From: Octopus bimaculoides
Lineage: Eukaryota
Length of the DNA stretch: 59,082 bases
Assembly: GCF_001194135.2 (NCBI RefSeq)
Contig: NC_069000.1
Span: forward strand, 12,562,019-12,621,100
Direction of reading: 5' to 3'
The notes beneath the pieces are model-generated. The model had not been told where the DNA came from. It did no database searches and worked only from the letters and a program-made list of their open reading frames with translations. The stretch's first letter is position 1; each line of letters starts with the position of its first letter. This document shows, piece after piece, positions 12,607 to 27,060 of this stretch. The position numbers and the translations under genes were made by a program.

Positions 12607-14049
12607 ATACATAGTTCTGTATGTATACAGATATCTGTGGCCTTGATAGATAAACAGATGCATTCATTCCGGAAGGGGCTTTTTATATCAGCATAAGTTA
12701 TTCGCAATTGTGTCTGCAGTATTTATGAGCTTATTTTTACTTACACACACAAACCACAGATGCACAGAAATACATACCAATGCATTGAAATGCACACAAG
12801 ACGCGTATAAATATGTATGTACGTACGTATGTATGTCTTACAAGAAACTTTATCTCATTGTGATAGCTTCATATAAGGATGACTGTGTTTAAGTTTCCAT
12901 CGACCTAATTGTGTTAGAATTGTAGACTTATGGTGTATGTGTGCTTATATCTTAATTTATATAGCTATCTATATGGACGAATACGTGCGTGTGCGTATGA
13001 CTATGTGTGAGCGCGCTTATACGTAAATATGGTTATAACAATACATTATCTATAAACTAGGTTTACCTCCCTCCATGATATTTGCAATGTATCCTTGAAA
13101 TTATATCAATACCAATATATCTTGTGGCAATGATATTCATATGATAAATGGACATGATCTATATATGAATATATGTTTATATTAAGAGTTTCCTTTTCTA
13201 AAGTACATATATATATGCGCGGACACACACAAACGCCCACAGAAGACGCTTACATATACATACATACGAATGCATATATAAGTATTTATATATATGTATA
13301 TATATATACACACACACACATATTCACATACATACAAATATACCTGCGTTCCATATGCAAATATATGTACTTTCAAGACGTATGAAAGTCTAAAAGCAAA
13401 GATTCTGATTGGTTATACGTTTGTTCTTCCACCGGTTGCATTCATGAAAAATGTGGCAATGCTGGAGCATCGTCTGTTTTAAAGGATTGGTTTGGTATTC
13501 ACCGCATACACTCAGGCGATTTAGTTCTCGTTGGTCCGTACATTATCGAAATCTCTTCTTCGCTCCAGTAATTTATGAAACAAAATACGGCACACCGTGT
13601 AGAAAAAGTCAATGTGAACATTAAACACGCACACGAACATTTATCGGTGTACATATATACATACGTACACGTGACTTCTATATATATTCTGAGAGGAATG
13701 ATAAAGCAGACAAGAATATATGATTAAAATTTTAGAGAAAAATTCCCAATGCTTGTAAAAATAAATCTACTTTATGTGTCCTGAAGCATCACTTCTTGTG
13801 GGGTTTTTCTTTTGCTAACTAAATAACAATGTACATGATATAGTGCATCTTAAAAAGCGGTTCCGCACAGTTTTCTCCTAATAAATTCAACTGGCAAAGT
13901 ATAACTGGTCAAGTCTATGATATAGCAAATGAAGTTTGCGCCAACTACTGCGCAGAGAACACGATCCTAAAATGAGCCTGTTGCAAGCAGAGTTTGATAA
14001 CTGCTCGTATATAGCTGCGAAAATAACTTTACATATGTATATATGTGTG

Positions 14050-14095
<46 letters not shown>

Positions 14096-14417
14096 TGTTT
14101 GAGCGCGTGTGTTTGTTTGTGTCTGTGGTTACGATTCTATATATATATAGACAATCGTATTGTATATATATACATATATATATATATATATNNNNNNNNN
14201 NNNNNNNNNNNNNNNNNNNNNNNNNNNNNNNNNNNNNNNNNNNNNNNNNNNNNNNNNNNNNNNNNNNNNNNNNNNNNNNNNNNNNNNNNNNNNNNNNNNN
14301 NNNNNNNNNNNNNNNNNNNNNNNNNNNNNNNNNNNNNNNNNNNNNNNNNNNNNNNNNNNNNNNNCACACACACACGCACGCACGGATGCGCACACACACA
14401 CACACGCTATATATATA

Positions 14418-14453
<36 letters not shown>

Positions 14454-15333
14454 CACATATGTAATGGCTATTGATGTATACACTTATATACATATATATG
14501 TATACATAAGTATATTCACGTACATGTATAAGTATGTGTACACACTCTACGTGTGCTTGCGTGCTTGTGTGTGTGTGTATGTATGCGTACGTTTGTGTGT
14601 GTGTGCGTGACGCATATATTATATATGCAGTATAAAAGCCTACATATAGTATGATAGGGATATTTTCGCCTAGAAATCCCTTCTGTCCAAACACAATATG
14701 ATAGCTGGACACTGTTTTTGAAATACAAGGCTGGGTCTTCACCAAACTTAAGTTGAAATGATAAAGTAACTAAAGAATTGAAGCAAACAAGTAATTTATG
14801 AAAATATCAATGAATGGCTAAAATAGGTTGATGTGTGCTTTAGAGAAAATAGAAATGTCAAAGCTCACGTCGAATTGATGCAGATTAGAATCAATGGAAT
14901 TGGTATATATTCGAGAACATTTCCAAGAAAGTTCAGTTCTTCAAATTGATGACATTCTATGGCAATATACATACATAAATACATAAATATAAACATTCAT
15001 AATAGAAGCATATATATATATATATATATATATAGTGTGTGTATATGTGTGTGTCCGTTTGTGTGTATACATACGTCTGTGTATGTGCCTGCATGTATTT
15101 AGCATTAGGTTTCTTCTGTAACCGAACGATGCCAGCAGGTCGCCCGAGGATGCTCCGTTCATGAATATGGGGAGATAAGAGTACGTAACTGAAATTGGTT
15201 GTGTGCCTATGTGTATATGTATGCTGTTTCGCTATATTACTTTTACCAATTATATTGTATGCATGTTCTGCATGATATATGCATAAATACATACATAGAT
15301 GCAATCATAAATGTATATATATACATGCAAAAG

Positions 15334-15392
<59 letters not shown>

Positions 15393-15957
15393 NNNNNNNN
15401 NNNNNNNNNNNNNNNNNNNNNNNNNNNNNNNNNNNNNNNNNNNNNNNNNNNNNNNNNNNNNNNNNNNNNNNNNNNNNNNNNNNNNNNNNNNNNNNNNNNN
15501 NNNNNNNNNNNNNNNNNNNNNNNNNNNNNNNNNNNNNNNNNNNNNNNNNNNNNNNNNNNNNNNNNNNNNNNNNNNNNNNNNNNNNNNNNNNNNNNNNNNN
15601 NNNNNNNNNNNNNNNNNNNNNNNNNNNNNNNNNNNNNNNNNNNNNNNNNNNNNNNNNNNNNNNNNNNNNNNNNNNNNNNNNNNNNNNNNNNNNNNNNNNN
15701 NNNNNNNNNNNNNNNNNNNNNNNNNNNNNNNNNNNNNNNNNNNNNNNNNNNNNNNNNNNNNNNNNNNNNNNNNNNNNNNNNNNNNNNNNNNNNNNNNNNN
15801 NNNNNNNNNNNNNNNNNNNNNNNNNNNNNNNNNNNNNNNNNNNNNNNNNNNNNNNNNNNNNNNNNNNNNNNNNNNNNNNNNNNNNNNNNNNNNNNNNNNN
15901 NNNNNNNNNNNNNNNNNNNNNNNNNNNNNNNNNNNNNNNNNNNNNNNTATATATGTA

Positions 15958-16093
15958 TGACGAGCTTCTTTCAGTTTCCGTCCACCAAATCCACTTATGA
16001 GTGGATTTGGCCGGCCCGAGCTATACTGGAAGACACTTGCCGAAGGTGCCACACAGTGCGACTGAACCCGGAAACATGTGGTTGGGAAGCCAC
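15958..16093 (-). mobile_element. SINE family B 5' half
   Basis: CTTCTTTCAGTTTCCGTCCACCAAATCCACT...GAAGACACTTGCCGAAGGTGCCAC...ACTGAACCCGGAAACATGTGGTTGGGAAGC is the reverse complement of the family B head and core. Confidence 0.88.
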
Positions 16094-16103
16094 AGACTGT
16101 ATG

Positions 16104-16140
<37 letters not shown>

Positions 16141-16876
16141 TGTATGTTCGTAAGTATGCATGCGTTAGTGTGTGCGTGTAAGTACGTATGTATTTCTATA
16201 CGCATTTATGCATGGATGTACACATGGATAAATGTACGTATGTATGTATACAGAGAATATGTGCAGGTATCAATATAGAGAATACGTGTGTATATGCGAA
16301 GGGGAGAAACGCTGGATTACTATTCAGAAGAAAGACATTGAGAGAGAGAGAGAGAGAGAGAGAGAGGAAGACAGACAGAGTGTGAGAGAGGTGGTAATGA
16401 GACATTGACAGAGATAGTCACCAAAATTTCAACGAGATATATATACATAGATACGCATACACACCACCATATAGAAGAAGGGTACTCGTATAAACTCACG
16501 TACAGCCTCACACGATTATATATAACTCACTCGCATATATGCATAGACACAGAAACAAGATATACCCACATTTGTGCAAACGTATCAACACAGATGACCC
16601 TCACCAGTTAAAATCAAACACAAGGAGAGTCGCACATCCAGTATATACATGCACACATAGAACCTCACGCATGTACACATTCATACAGATTTTCATACAC
16701 ACACGTAGATACAAAAAGGCACAATCGCATACACATTCACACATGCATATACATCCTATTATGCATCCGCACATGCATCTGAATACATAGATACTTAAGA
16801 TGATCATACGCATTCATACTTACACATTGGTACATAGATGCACAGTCACACACATTTATCGACATCATCATACATA

Positions 16877-16928
16877 CACGCGGCTCTACACGCACGCGGC
16901 TCTACACGCACGCGGATCTACACGCACG
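16877..16928 (+). repeat. 16-bp minisatellite CACGCGGCTCTACACG x 3.25
   Basis: Two identical units, one unit with a single C>A change, then a partial unit. Confidence 0.9.
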
Positions 16929-18245
16929 TGGCCATACACGAACGCTTCCATACAAACACGCAGCCAGACACGAAAGACATACAACGCAGATGATATTAAT
17001 ATTTCAATATCCACTCCAAATATTTAATATCTTTACATCTCGTGACTTTATGTTCTCAGAAGTCTTCTGAAGACAGACATTCCTGAAGAATGATTTTAAT
17101 GAAAAGCGAAATGCGAAAATGAATTTATTTTTCATTTGAGGAATGCAGCATTAAATGCTCTCCAAAGTTTCGCCATTTCATTTCTATTGTTACCATGTAT
17201 GCATTGTCCCAGAAGTCAGCCATTAAAATCAGGAATGGAATATTAGCCACTTCATATTATTGTCTAAGAATTTATTCTCTGGTAAAATGATTAACTTAGG
17301 AAATAAAAAGATTTTTCNNNNNNNNNNNNNNNNNNNNNNNNNNNNNNNNNNNNNNNNNNNNNNNNNNNNNNNNNNNNNNNNNNNNNNNNNNNNNNNNNNN
17401 NNNNNNNNNNNNNNNNNNNNNNNNNNNNNNNNNNNNNNNNNNNNNNNNNNNNNNNNNNNNNNNNNNNNNNNNNNNNNNNNNNNNNNNNNNNNNNNNNNNN
17501 NNNNNNNNNNNNNNNNNNNNNNNNNNNNNNNNNNNNNNNNNNNNNNNNNNNNNNNNNNNNNNNNNNNNNNNNNNNNNNNNNNNNNNNNNNNNNNNNNNNN
17601 NNNNNNNNNNNNNNNNNNNNNNNNNNNNNNNNNNNNNNNNNTATATATATATATATATGTCTGTGTTTGTGAGTGTGTGGATAGGTAGATATTCATATAG
17701 ATATATAGATACCCACACACAAATGCACACACATATATATATATTAGATTTATGCATATAGTACGAACTCCCGCGCACATACATGTATCTGCTGCCAATA
17801 TATGTCTATTTGTACAATCGCACTCACATTGATATTTAAACTGGTGAATACTCGCCTGTAAGTAAAAGCTCACATTATCTGATGCATATGCATATGCATA
17901 TGCAGTAGGATTGCATATATCTATTTCACTCTTATGCATTTGTGTGTGACCTTGTGTGTGCAAATGTGTTTGGATAAAGCTTCTGTAATATCTCTGATAT
18001 CTGCTTATGTGTGTGAATGTAGTCAAAGAAACAAATATTGCAATATATCTTCATGTATGTGTGACCACTCACACATACACACACACACACACGTATGCAC
18101 ACACATGCACATACACACGAAAAGAAATAACCATACACACATGCAAGAACTCATAGAAACACATTCACACACACATGTACACACACAAACAAATACACAA
18201 ACAAGAAAGAAAAACACACACACATGCAAGCAGTCACAAAACCAA

Positions 18246-18591
<346 letters not shown>

Positions 18592-19477
18592 TACACATGT
18601 GCGCGAGTGTACTATCATATACCCTCATACATATGTAGAAAGAGATACATTCATGAGCATGACTACGTAACGAAATCTTGACAGAGATCAAATGTTATAC
18701 AGATAAATATTGATGCTACCCGTTAAACCATTTCTTATACTATCTGATGATACACTGACTGTGGTAAGACTTGAAAAACTTGTAAACACACATACGTTGT
18801 ACACACAACGAAGCAGGTACAAATGCATGCTTGTCTAGAAAGGTTGCAAAATATAATATGAGAGAGAAACTTATTTTTTCTTAGAGGGTAACTTGGTAAC
18901 TGATTGATAATCTGCAGTTTCCGTCAAAGTCGAATGTCTGTCGTACGACATGTATATCATTACAATTAAATACTGAAGCAGCTGTTCATCGAATGATAAG
19001 TAATTGTTATATACCTTGTAGATCTATGAAACGAATATATTCTATGCCGGAAAGGCTAACATGTCGGGTTTTATTCTTCGTCTGACAGATTTGAGATATT
19101 AAATGGTACTGAAGAATTTGAAAATCAGCGATCAGTTGGAGGAATGTATCTGGAGAGCAATTTCAAGAGAGTTTTGTTTTTATTATTGCCTTAGATTTTA
19201 GTCCCGATTCTAGGTATATTCAAACCTGAACCTAAAAATATGACCGTCATTTGTTTCAAGCAGAATTAGTTTCTGATGTAGTGCACGTCTTGATTACGAC
19301 ACCCAGTTTATATAACTTTCAACACCAGATGATATTTCATTTCTCTCTGATGAAGTGTTTCTGCCAGAAACATCAGGCTCGTTTTCTTTCTCACGGCATA
19401 ATACACATTTCTCTATTTGAAATATCTCTATTTCTTTTAGCCATGCAGAACTTCACTGCTTCACCCAGAGTGTACTG

Positions 19478-19512
<35 letters not shown>

Positions 19513-20311
19513 AACAGTACATTGCATATATATGCATGTATACACATACACGTGTATGTGTACGTATCTTATGTATGTATACATATATGCTTGTATGTGT
19601 ATACATCTATACATATACGTATTTATAGATATGTGTACGTGTGTGTGTGTGTATTTGTGTGTGCGAGTGTCTATGTGTGTTTGCGTGTGTCTATGTGTGT
19701 GTGTTTATGTCCCATATCTTTCAACAAAGTCGATTACAGAATAACATCATATGTTACGTAATATCACATAGCTAGTGATGTAAGTGATGTAAGTGATACA
19801 ATAGCTTTTTAATTACAACAGACAATTCTTAGTCACAAAACATTAGATTTAAAGAAAAGGCTTTGCAGTTTTTATTATAATACAGGAAGCAAAGCTAATG
19901 AATATTTCCTTTGAAAGTATATTGCAGGCTTATCCTCAGTTATCGAAACAGCTCTTGTCATTAGCTCTGTTGTTGATGTACTCCTATCGAGATATTCAAA
20001 ATTTTCCATGGTTTTCTCAAAAACCTAATTAATTGTCTTCATTTCACATGCAACTTCGCTGATGAAATTAATATGCACAAAAATTCGATGCTGGAAACAT
20101 TGATACATTTTGCCGTAAGCTCTTTAAAAGTTTGAAGCCTAACATACAAAGCTAAAAGTCATTGTTAACCCAGTCAGAAACTGTGTAATGTCTTAGATTA
20201 ATAATGAGTTATAATTCCTGTATCATGTGCATAGTACTAATGTGCCAAGAATGTGTAGACGGATTTCAGGGTAGATAGGGTGGATTCTGAGAAAATTTAG
20301 AGAAAAAGAAA

Positions 20312-20560
20312 CCATGCTGGTTTGCAGAGGATGTTTTGTTCACACTTCCATCGATTATTGCTTCGAGCTATGGTCTCTACATAACACAGCAAGATGGCTA
20401 CGGCAATGGATTAATTCCGTTTATTTTTCTATGCACCAACTAAACTATAGGTATGTCCCACTTCATGGAAACACGAGTCTAGTTATGCACAATAATTTGG
20501 GGAAGGTTTTCAGCATTTGCCATGAATGTTACGTAAGTCCTTTACCATGGAGTTTTAAAA
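20312..20560 (+). mobile_element. Possible decayed CR1-group LINE fragment
   Basis: ORF-track peptide FVHTSIDYCFELWSLHN...SMHQLNY resembles the CR1-type post-RT motif LVRSRLDYCSQLWSPH...LNYW.RL. The match is short and diverged. Confidence 0.35.
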
Positions 20561-20830
20561 CCAGTAACAGATATGCATGCATGTGGGTGGGGAACTTACT
20601 GATGTTGCTCTAAGGCAATATCCAAGATTAACCTAGTTCACATCGGAAGAGGGACGTAAGGGCAAATGACATCAAACGCTAGTATTTACTGAATACCGAG
20701 CATAAATGAAAGAACTTTAATGGCTTAACACTCACTACGCAGGCACCCACAAATCACTGACCTGAACCAGTAAAAGAATTACGTATGTATACATTCATAC
20801 AAACACAGATACATGCATACACACACAAAC

Positions 20831-20872
<42 letters not shown>

Positions 20873-20886
20873 CATAATAGCTATGC

Positions 20887-21115
20887 TTAAGACGGTTAGC
20901 TAGCAAGGTCGCTAGCACGCCAGGTAAAATACTTACTAACAATTCATTCGTCCTTACGTTCTGAGTTCAAATTCCGGTGGAGTCGACTTTGTCTTTTATT
21001 TATTTTTTTCGGGGTCTATAAATTAATTATCAGTGACACACTGCGGTCGATGTAATCGACTAGCCCGTTCGCCCCCAAATTTCAGACCATGTGCCTTTAG
21101 TAGACAGAATTGTTA
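20887..21115 (+). mobile_element. SINE family A, diverged
   Basis: TTACGTTCTGAGTTCAAATTCC...GTCGACTTTG...CGGGGTC...GTCGATGTAATCGACTAG...GTGCCTTTAGTAG. Confidence 0.85.
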
Positions 21116-21359
21116 CTATACTTATTGTTATTATTTTTCTTGCTTTTCGGTTTCTGAATTAGGTACGAGGTCATCAGAGCGGGAGATTCGTTATCGCGTC
21201 GGTCAATATGCTTAGCGTTATCTCTTCTCACATTTATGTTAATATTCTGCCGATGTTCACATCGCCTTTTATGCTTCCGGGGTCGATGTAGTAAGTAGAA
21301 GTTGAGCACTGAACGAGACGCCCGTCTGTTGCAGGACTGAAGGCCAACAACTTTTGAGA

Positions 21360-21515
21360 GGAGGGGTTAAAACGATTAAATCGATCTCCAGTACTTGCCT
21401 GGTACTTCATTTTACTGGCCCCGAATGGATGAAATGCAAAGTTTACCCCGGCGGGCTTTGAACTTAGAAATATAAAACGCCAGAAGAAATGCTGCTGACT
21501 ATTTTGTCGGACGTG
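21360..21515 (-). mobile_element. SINE family A, old diverged copy
   Basis: CTGGTACTT...CCCCGAATGGATGAAATGCAAAGT...TTTGAACTTAGAA...CGTGCTAACGATT is the reverse complement of the family A core and head. Confidence 0.7.
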
Positions 21516-22198
21516 CTAACGATTAACTACCTCTCCGCCTCTTCTATGTACATATCGATCAATAAAGATATGATTATTGACAATTCCATAAATTACGACA
21601 AATATCAACAGTAAACAACACAAAAATGCGACTGCTTGTCTCAAGAATATCAGTTGGAAAATGATAATTAAGGATGGGAGGAGAAAAAAAAAAGACAACA
21701 ACAACAAGAAATAACGAACCAAAGAAACGTGAGAAAAAAAAATGAATGGGAGAAAATTAGTAGCAATTTGATGTATTGAATAATACAGGAACGAAAAGAA
21801 AATCTAGAAAAGCTGAAAGAAAACTAGAAATTGGAAGAAATGAGCGAAATAATAAAAATGGAAGATATTTTAATTAAAATCATTCCGATAGTTCGATGAT
21901 GACTACGACGACGACGACGGAATTATATTTGCTTTGTTATAATAAATCTCGCACATCTCTGATATCTGAACAACAAAGAAACTTACTGCGGCCTTTGTGA
22001 TCATTTTCTAATTTGCCATATTTGTATATCATAATTATTCCATCCCATAATCTAAGTAAATATGTAAACATAACTTTAGCGATAATAGAGTTAATTAGAA
22101 CAAACTACATTTTTTTGGATAGCATTATATTTTTCTTCATTTTTTTTTTAGTCCAGGCATTCAGACGACATATTTGTTTACAATTAAAGTTTCTCTAA

Positions 22199-22367
22199 GC
22201 TGGCGAGAGTGCAGAATCGTTACTGCGCTGGACACACTGCTTAGCAGTATTTCGTCCGTTTTGACGTTCTGAGTTCAAATTCCACCGTATTCGACTTGGC
22301 ATTTCATTCTTTCGAGGTCGGTAAATTAAGCACCAGTTGAGCACTGGGAGTGGGGGGGGGGTCAATG
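22199..22367 (+). mobile_element. SINE family A running into an assembly gap
   Basis: GCAGAATCGTTA...GTTCTGAGTTCAAATTCCACCG...CATTTCATTCTTTCGAGGTCGGTAAATTAAGCACCAG. Confidence 0.85.
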
Positions 22368-23311
22368 NNNNNNNNNNNNNNNNNNNNNNNNNNNNNNNNN
22401 NNNNNNNNNNNNNNNNNNNNNNNNNNNNNNNNNNNNNNNNNNNNNNNNNNNNNNNNNNNNNNNNNNNNNNNNNNNNNNNNNNNNNNNNNNNNNNNNNNNN
22501 NNNNNNNNNNNNNNNNNNNNNNNNNNNNNNNNNNNNNNNATATATATATATATAAACACACTTTAAAAGAAGCAATGAATAGTTTTGTAATTTGTCTGAA
22601 ACAGCAAAGCTGGTGATGCAATTCGAAACCACATAGCAAACATTTGCCGACCGACAGATTTCTTATATTCAGAGATAACACGAGTGTATCGTATTTTCAT
22701 GTTATACACACATGCAAATTGCGTATGTTCTCACATATGTTTCTCTGTTTGCTTGTAAGTATGCATATGTAAATGCCTGTATTTACGTATCAATGTGTGT
22801 TTATGTAGGAATGCAGTGTATGAATTTCTGTTTCATGATTTAGACACGCGCTCCATAAATATGGAGTTCGTCTAATTGCAGGTTCATAGTTATGAGATGC
22901 CTGTGTGCGAGAGAGCCAGATCGGATAACGAAACCTTACTAAAGTTGAAATAATCAATACGCTCTTCCCCCGAAGTCATACAACAAGCTTGTTAAAACAC
23001 ACCTGTCATCACTTTAATTTTAATTAAACCTGGTGGAATTGCAGACACGAGAAACCGCGATCTTCTTTCAGGACAAAGATGAGAAGCCCCAACCTAAAAG
23101 TTCATTCTCAACATTCCGAGGCTACTAATTGCTTATGTTGAAATCTGCTAGAAGTTTAGCGAAGTTTTTAAATCGATATCTTCGCTTCCTTCGTTGCTGC
23201 CGGTGTTTCAGTTCCTGCAATGCAACTGGGCGTATTAGTTGATACATTAGGCACATACACGCACACACATGTTCCTCACTCTTTCTTTCCTTATATGTTT
23301 ATGTATGCATG

Positions 23312-23317
<6 letters not shown>

Positions 23318-23367
<50 letters not shown>
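23318..23367. repeat. (AAT)n microsatellite
   Basis: Read directly. Confidence 0.95.
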
Positions 23368-23368
<1 letters not shown>

Positions 23369-24886
23369 TAAAATAATAAAAGAAGGAAAATGCACATAGT
23401 TTTAATATATTTTTAGTATATGTTATAAGTGAAATAGTATGGTGTTTGTCGACCGGTTTCGCATCGGCTAATCATGACATTGAAATTATTGTAATTTCGT
23501 ATTTTCTTAAGATTTTAGTCCAAGTTGTGTATGGAAATTTGGGAATGAAATGAATCAACAAGTAGAAAATGTAAGGGGAGGTGGTCCTTATTATTCAGGA
23601 CAAGGGAGGTAAATGCTCATATTTTGGGGAGGGGATACATAAGTATACAAAAACTCAAATGCTAAAGTATTGAGATGACGTAATTACAGTGATCGGTATG
23701 TGAACATGAACTAAAATATATACTGAGACCAAAGTTGGTTTTGCTTTCATAGTTTGGCGGGTTCTGCATTTTTTAATAAATACATTTTCTTTATTTAAAC
23801 GTTCTTGTACAGAAATTGTTTCTTTGCACTGGCAGATGGAGAAACCTGTGAAGTTTGGTTGGATATTATCTGCATATTGGACGAATTTAGACTACCATCC
23901 AGGTAGAGATTAGCGAGATTCCATATCGAAAAAGCAAAGAGCTGGAACAAATACAATGAAGATTCCTGTATGACGTTATAATAATTCTACCAAGGACTGG
24001 GCCATTATTTTCATCGATCTAGAAAGAAAGAAAGGAAAAGTTAAATCCGACGGGATTTGAACGAAGAGCGCAGTAATGAAGAATAACTACCATGCGGTAT
24101 AGTATTCTATTCGATGTTCTAACGACTCTGCCATTGAGTCTAATAGTGGAAAACATGTCGCAGCAATCCTGATGAGAAAATTGTGGTATATGTTTAGGAA
24201 ATTGAAAGATATGTAACATTTGACTTCATTTTCTCGCAGGATTTGAACTCGAAACTAAATTCCACAGGGAATATAATTGGTGCTATAACGATTCTTCTAC
24301 TCCACCGCCATCTAATTCGTTTACGCGCGTATACACTTCAATACTAAGCTTAAATCTCTACAAAGTATGGGTCTTACATGCCACCCTTCTATATTTTCTC
24401 TTATCTATAATTAATTAAACACAATAAAATAAGGTTTCTAATAAGATTTTCACAGGGTTGGTAGTAGCGACGCATTTTATAGGCTTGAAAACAACGCGGT
24501 TAGCTTATGCAATTATAAGTTTATAGAAAGCCAATTATGAAATTTAATGAATACCTGGAATTATATATAAAAGAAAACACATGATTTCATATTTTCTGTT
24601 CAATTAACTAATAACGATGTTATCACACATAAAATATTTACTGACGACTATAACTGGCAGATAATATTTTATAATCTAAAATAATTAACTACTAAACTTT
24701 GATCACAAAGATTTTAAAACTTTGTTAATATATGTTTCTTATCGTAGATTAATGAAAAGTATTCCTCTTCGGTAATATCGTGCTGATTTCGCAGAATAGT
24801 TAGCACGTCCGACAAAATTCTTTGCACAATTTCGTCCATGTTTGCCCTCTGAGTTCTTATGTGTGTGTGTGTGTGTGTGCGTGTGT

Positions 24887-25190
24887 AATAAAAATGGAGT
24901 AGCTCTTTTGACATTTTGTACTGAGAACAATTTGGTTGTTACCAACACTCTGTTTAAGAAGAAAAATAAATATGAAATCGCCTGGATGCACCCAAGATCT
25001 AAAGACTAGCATCTCATAGATTATATTCTGACCAGAAAACGTGATAGGAAAGATGTTTGTAGTGTTTGGGCTATGGGAGAAGCAGAGGGCTGGACTGACC
25101 ATCATCTAGTGCGTGGAAAAATAGAATTTTCGATAATGCCTAAAAATCAATAGTCTGGTCCTAAGGTACCCAGAAAGAAAGTTTACGTCT
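24887..25190 (+). mobile_element. RTE-clade LINE fragment, C-terminal half of the apurinic-like endonuclease (pseudogenic)
   Basis: Translates as NKNGVALLTFCTENNLVVTNTLFKKKNKYEIAWMHPRSKD*HLIDYILTRKRDRKDVCSVWAMGEAEGWTDHHLVRGKIEF. It contains the RTE/BovB-type motifs NG..LL.FC....L..TNT.F, TWMHPRSK.WH.IDY and WTDH.LV. The ORF track missed it because of the stops. Confidence 0.88.
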
Positions 25191-25389
25191 GTTAGAGGGT
25201 GTTATGACTCAAAGTCGGGTGGAGAGGAGTAGGATAGCTTTACAGTAGATCTATTAAAGACAGAGTAATATTTATGTTCACGAGGGAAGTCGGAGTCCAG
25301 TATCTTAAAAGAGGATGTAGCTAAGTTCTTGGCGTTTAGTGAGAAGAAAGCGTATGTATATATATTTATGTATATGTATATATCGGATC

Positions 25390-25600
25390 CATCTCGAGTC
25401 ATTTCGTCATTTAGACACATAAGGACCCTTTTCTCAGTTTCCGTGGCGTATATTGTCCCCACCTGGACGGAACAAGTGTCCGTTGCAGGATTACCAGCTG
25501 GATGGATGGGAGCAATGTAGAAAGATGTGTTTTTTCTCAAGAACTCAAAGCATCAACCGGTCCAGGAATCGAAACCGAGGGGTGTATCGTTACATAAACC
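25390..25600 (-). mobile_element. SINE family D
   Basis: The reverse complement contains GTTTCGATTCCTGGACCGG, TTCTTGAG, CCTGCAACGGAC and CCGTCCAGGTGGGG...ATATACGCCAC, as in the copies at 32811 and 38403. Confidence 0.75.
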
Positions 25601-25681
25601 AACGATCTTCAGCATCTCACGTTATTATACCCCGTACATATAAAACATACAAAGATATAAACATATTACGAGTATGCGTTT

Positions 25682-25719
<38 letters not shown>

Positions 25720-26309
25720 CATGAAACGTAGACATCATACATACACCCATAATTTCTTGTATACAATCATATACACACACATACATCAATAATCAACTGT
25801 ATATACATATACCACACACATCTATTTACTCCTACGTATATAAACGCACACATATATACCTGTATATGTTTGCTATACTCATTTCTTCTACTTCATAAGT
25901 TAATTGATGAACTAATTAATTAATTAATCGTGTAATCAATCATAACAATTAATGATCCTGCTCCTTTCTCTAAAATGACTCATAATTTAAATCACTTCAA
26001 ACAATTCTTTACATACAAATCCTGCATTATAAATGGTGTTTATATCACCCTAAATGATTGCCGCTTAACAACGTTAACATCACGATATCATGAATGCAGT
26101 AAATCGTGTCTGTTTATGACAATAATAAATTTAATATAATTCACAATACCACACAGCAATACACGTCTGGCTGAGTTCATACATCCTTTTCGACGATGTG
26201 TAATACACACAAGCATACGCTCAAACACAGGAACACGTATGCACATACATATGTACATGTATGTGTGTGTGAAAATATACATATCTCTCTCTCTCTCTCT
26301 CTCTCTCGC

Positions 26310-26374
<65 letters not shown>

Positions 26375-26423
26375 GTATGTTTGTATATATATATATTTGT
26401 ATAATATGACATATCTATTGACT

Positions 26424-27060
26424 TACACTTCTTTCAGTTATTAAGACTGCAGCCATACTGGGGCACCACCTTGAAGAACTTTAGTTCCATGAATCGACCC
26501 CAATTTATTGAAGATCGATACTTATTCTATCAGAGTCTTTAACCGAAGAACCAAGCTACTAGAACAGAAAGAAAACACCAGTTGTCAAGCAGTGGCCGGG
26601 GGGGGGGTAGGAGAAGCACAGACACACGGACACACACATGTATATATAAAGATATAGATATAGACATAAATATATGACGGGCTTCTTTCAGTTTCTGTCT
26701 ACGAAATCCACTGAAAAGGCTTTGGTCAGCCAGGATCTATAGTGAAAAACACATGCCCAAGTTACCGCGCAGTTGGACTGAACCAAGAACTATGTGGTTG
26801 CGGAGAAAGCTTCTTATTTCATTATTACCCACAAGGGGCTAAACATAGAGGGGACAAACAAGGACAGACAAAGGGATTAAGTCGATTACATCGACCCCAG
26901 TGTGTAACTGGTACTTAATTTATCGACCCCGAAAGGATGAAAGGCAAAGTTTACCGAGGCGGAATTTGAACTCAGAATGTAACGGCAGACGAAATACCAC
27001 TAAGTATTTCGCCCGGCGTGCTAACGATTCTGCCAACTCGCCGCCTTTTCACACAGCCAT
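26424..27060 (-). mobile_element. SINE family B interrupted in its head by a family A SINE
   Basis: The family B reverse complement runs from 26424 to about 26815 (...TGTGGTTGCGGAGAAAGCTTCTTA) and resumes as CACACAGCC at 27050-27058. Confidence 0.8.
26811..27047 (-). mobile_element. SINE family A, young near-consensus copy nested in a family B copy
   Basis: Complete from the tail (TTCTTATTTCATTATTACCCACAAGGGG) to the head (CTGCCAACTCGCCGCCTT). Confidence 0.93.

Noticed and set aside
16877-16928. Short direct repeats as a CRISPR array
   Set aside because: The units are contiguous without spacers, the context is eukaryotic and there are no cas genes.
19345-19380. CTGATGA...GAAAC hammerhead-like string
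   Set aside because: There is no stem II closing pair before GAAA and no stem III or cleavage triplet; it is only a short local inverted repeat.
23836-23870. DGETC similarity to Ras (DGETCLLDILDTAG)
   Set aside because: The match ends after five residues and the DTAG motif is missing.
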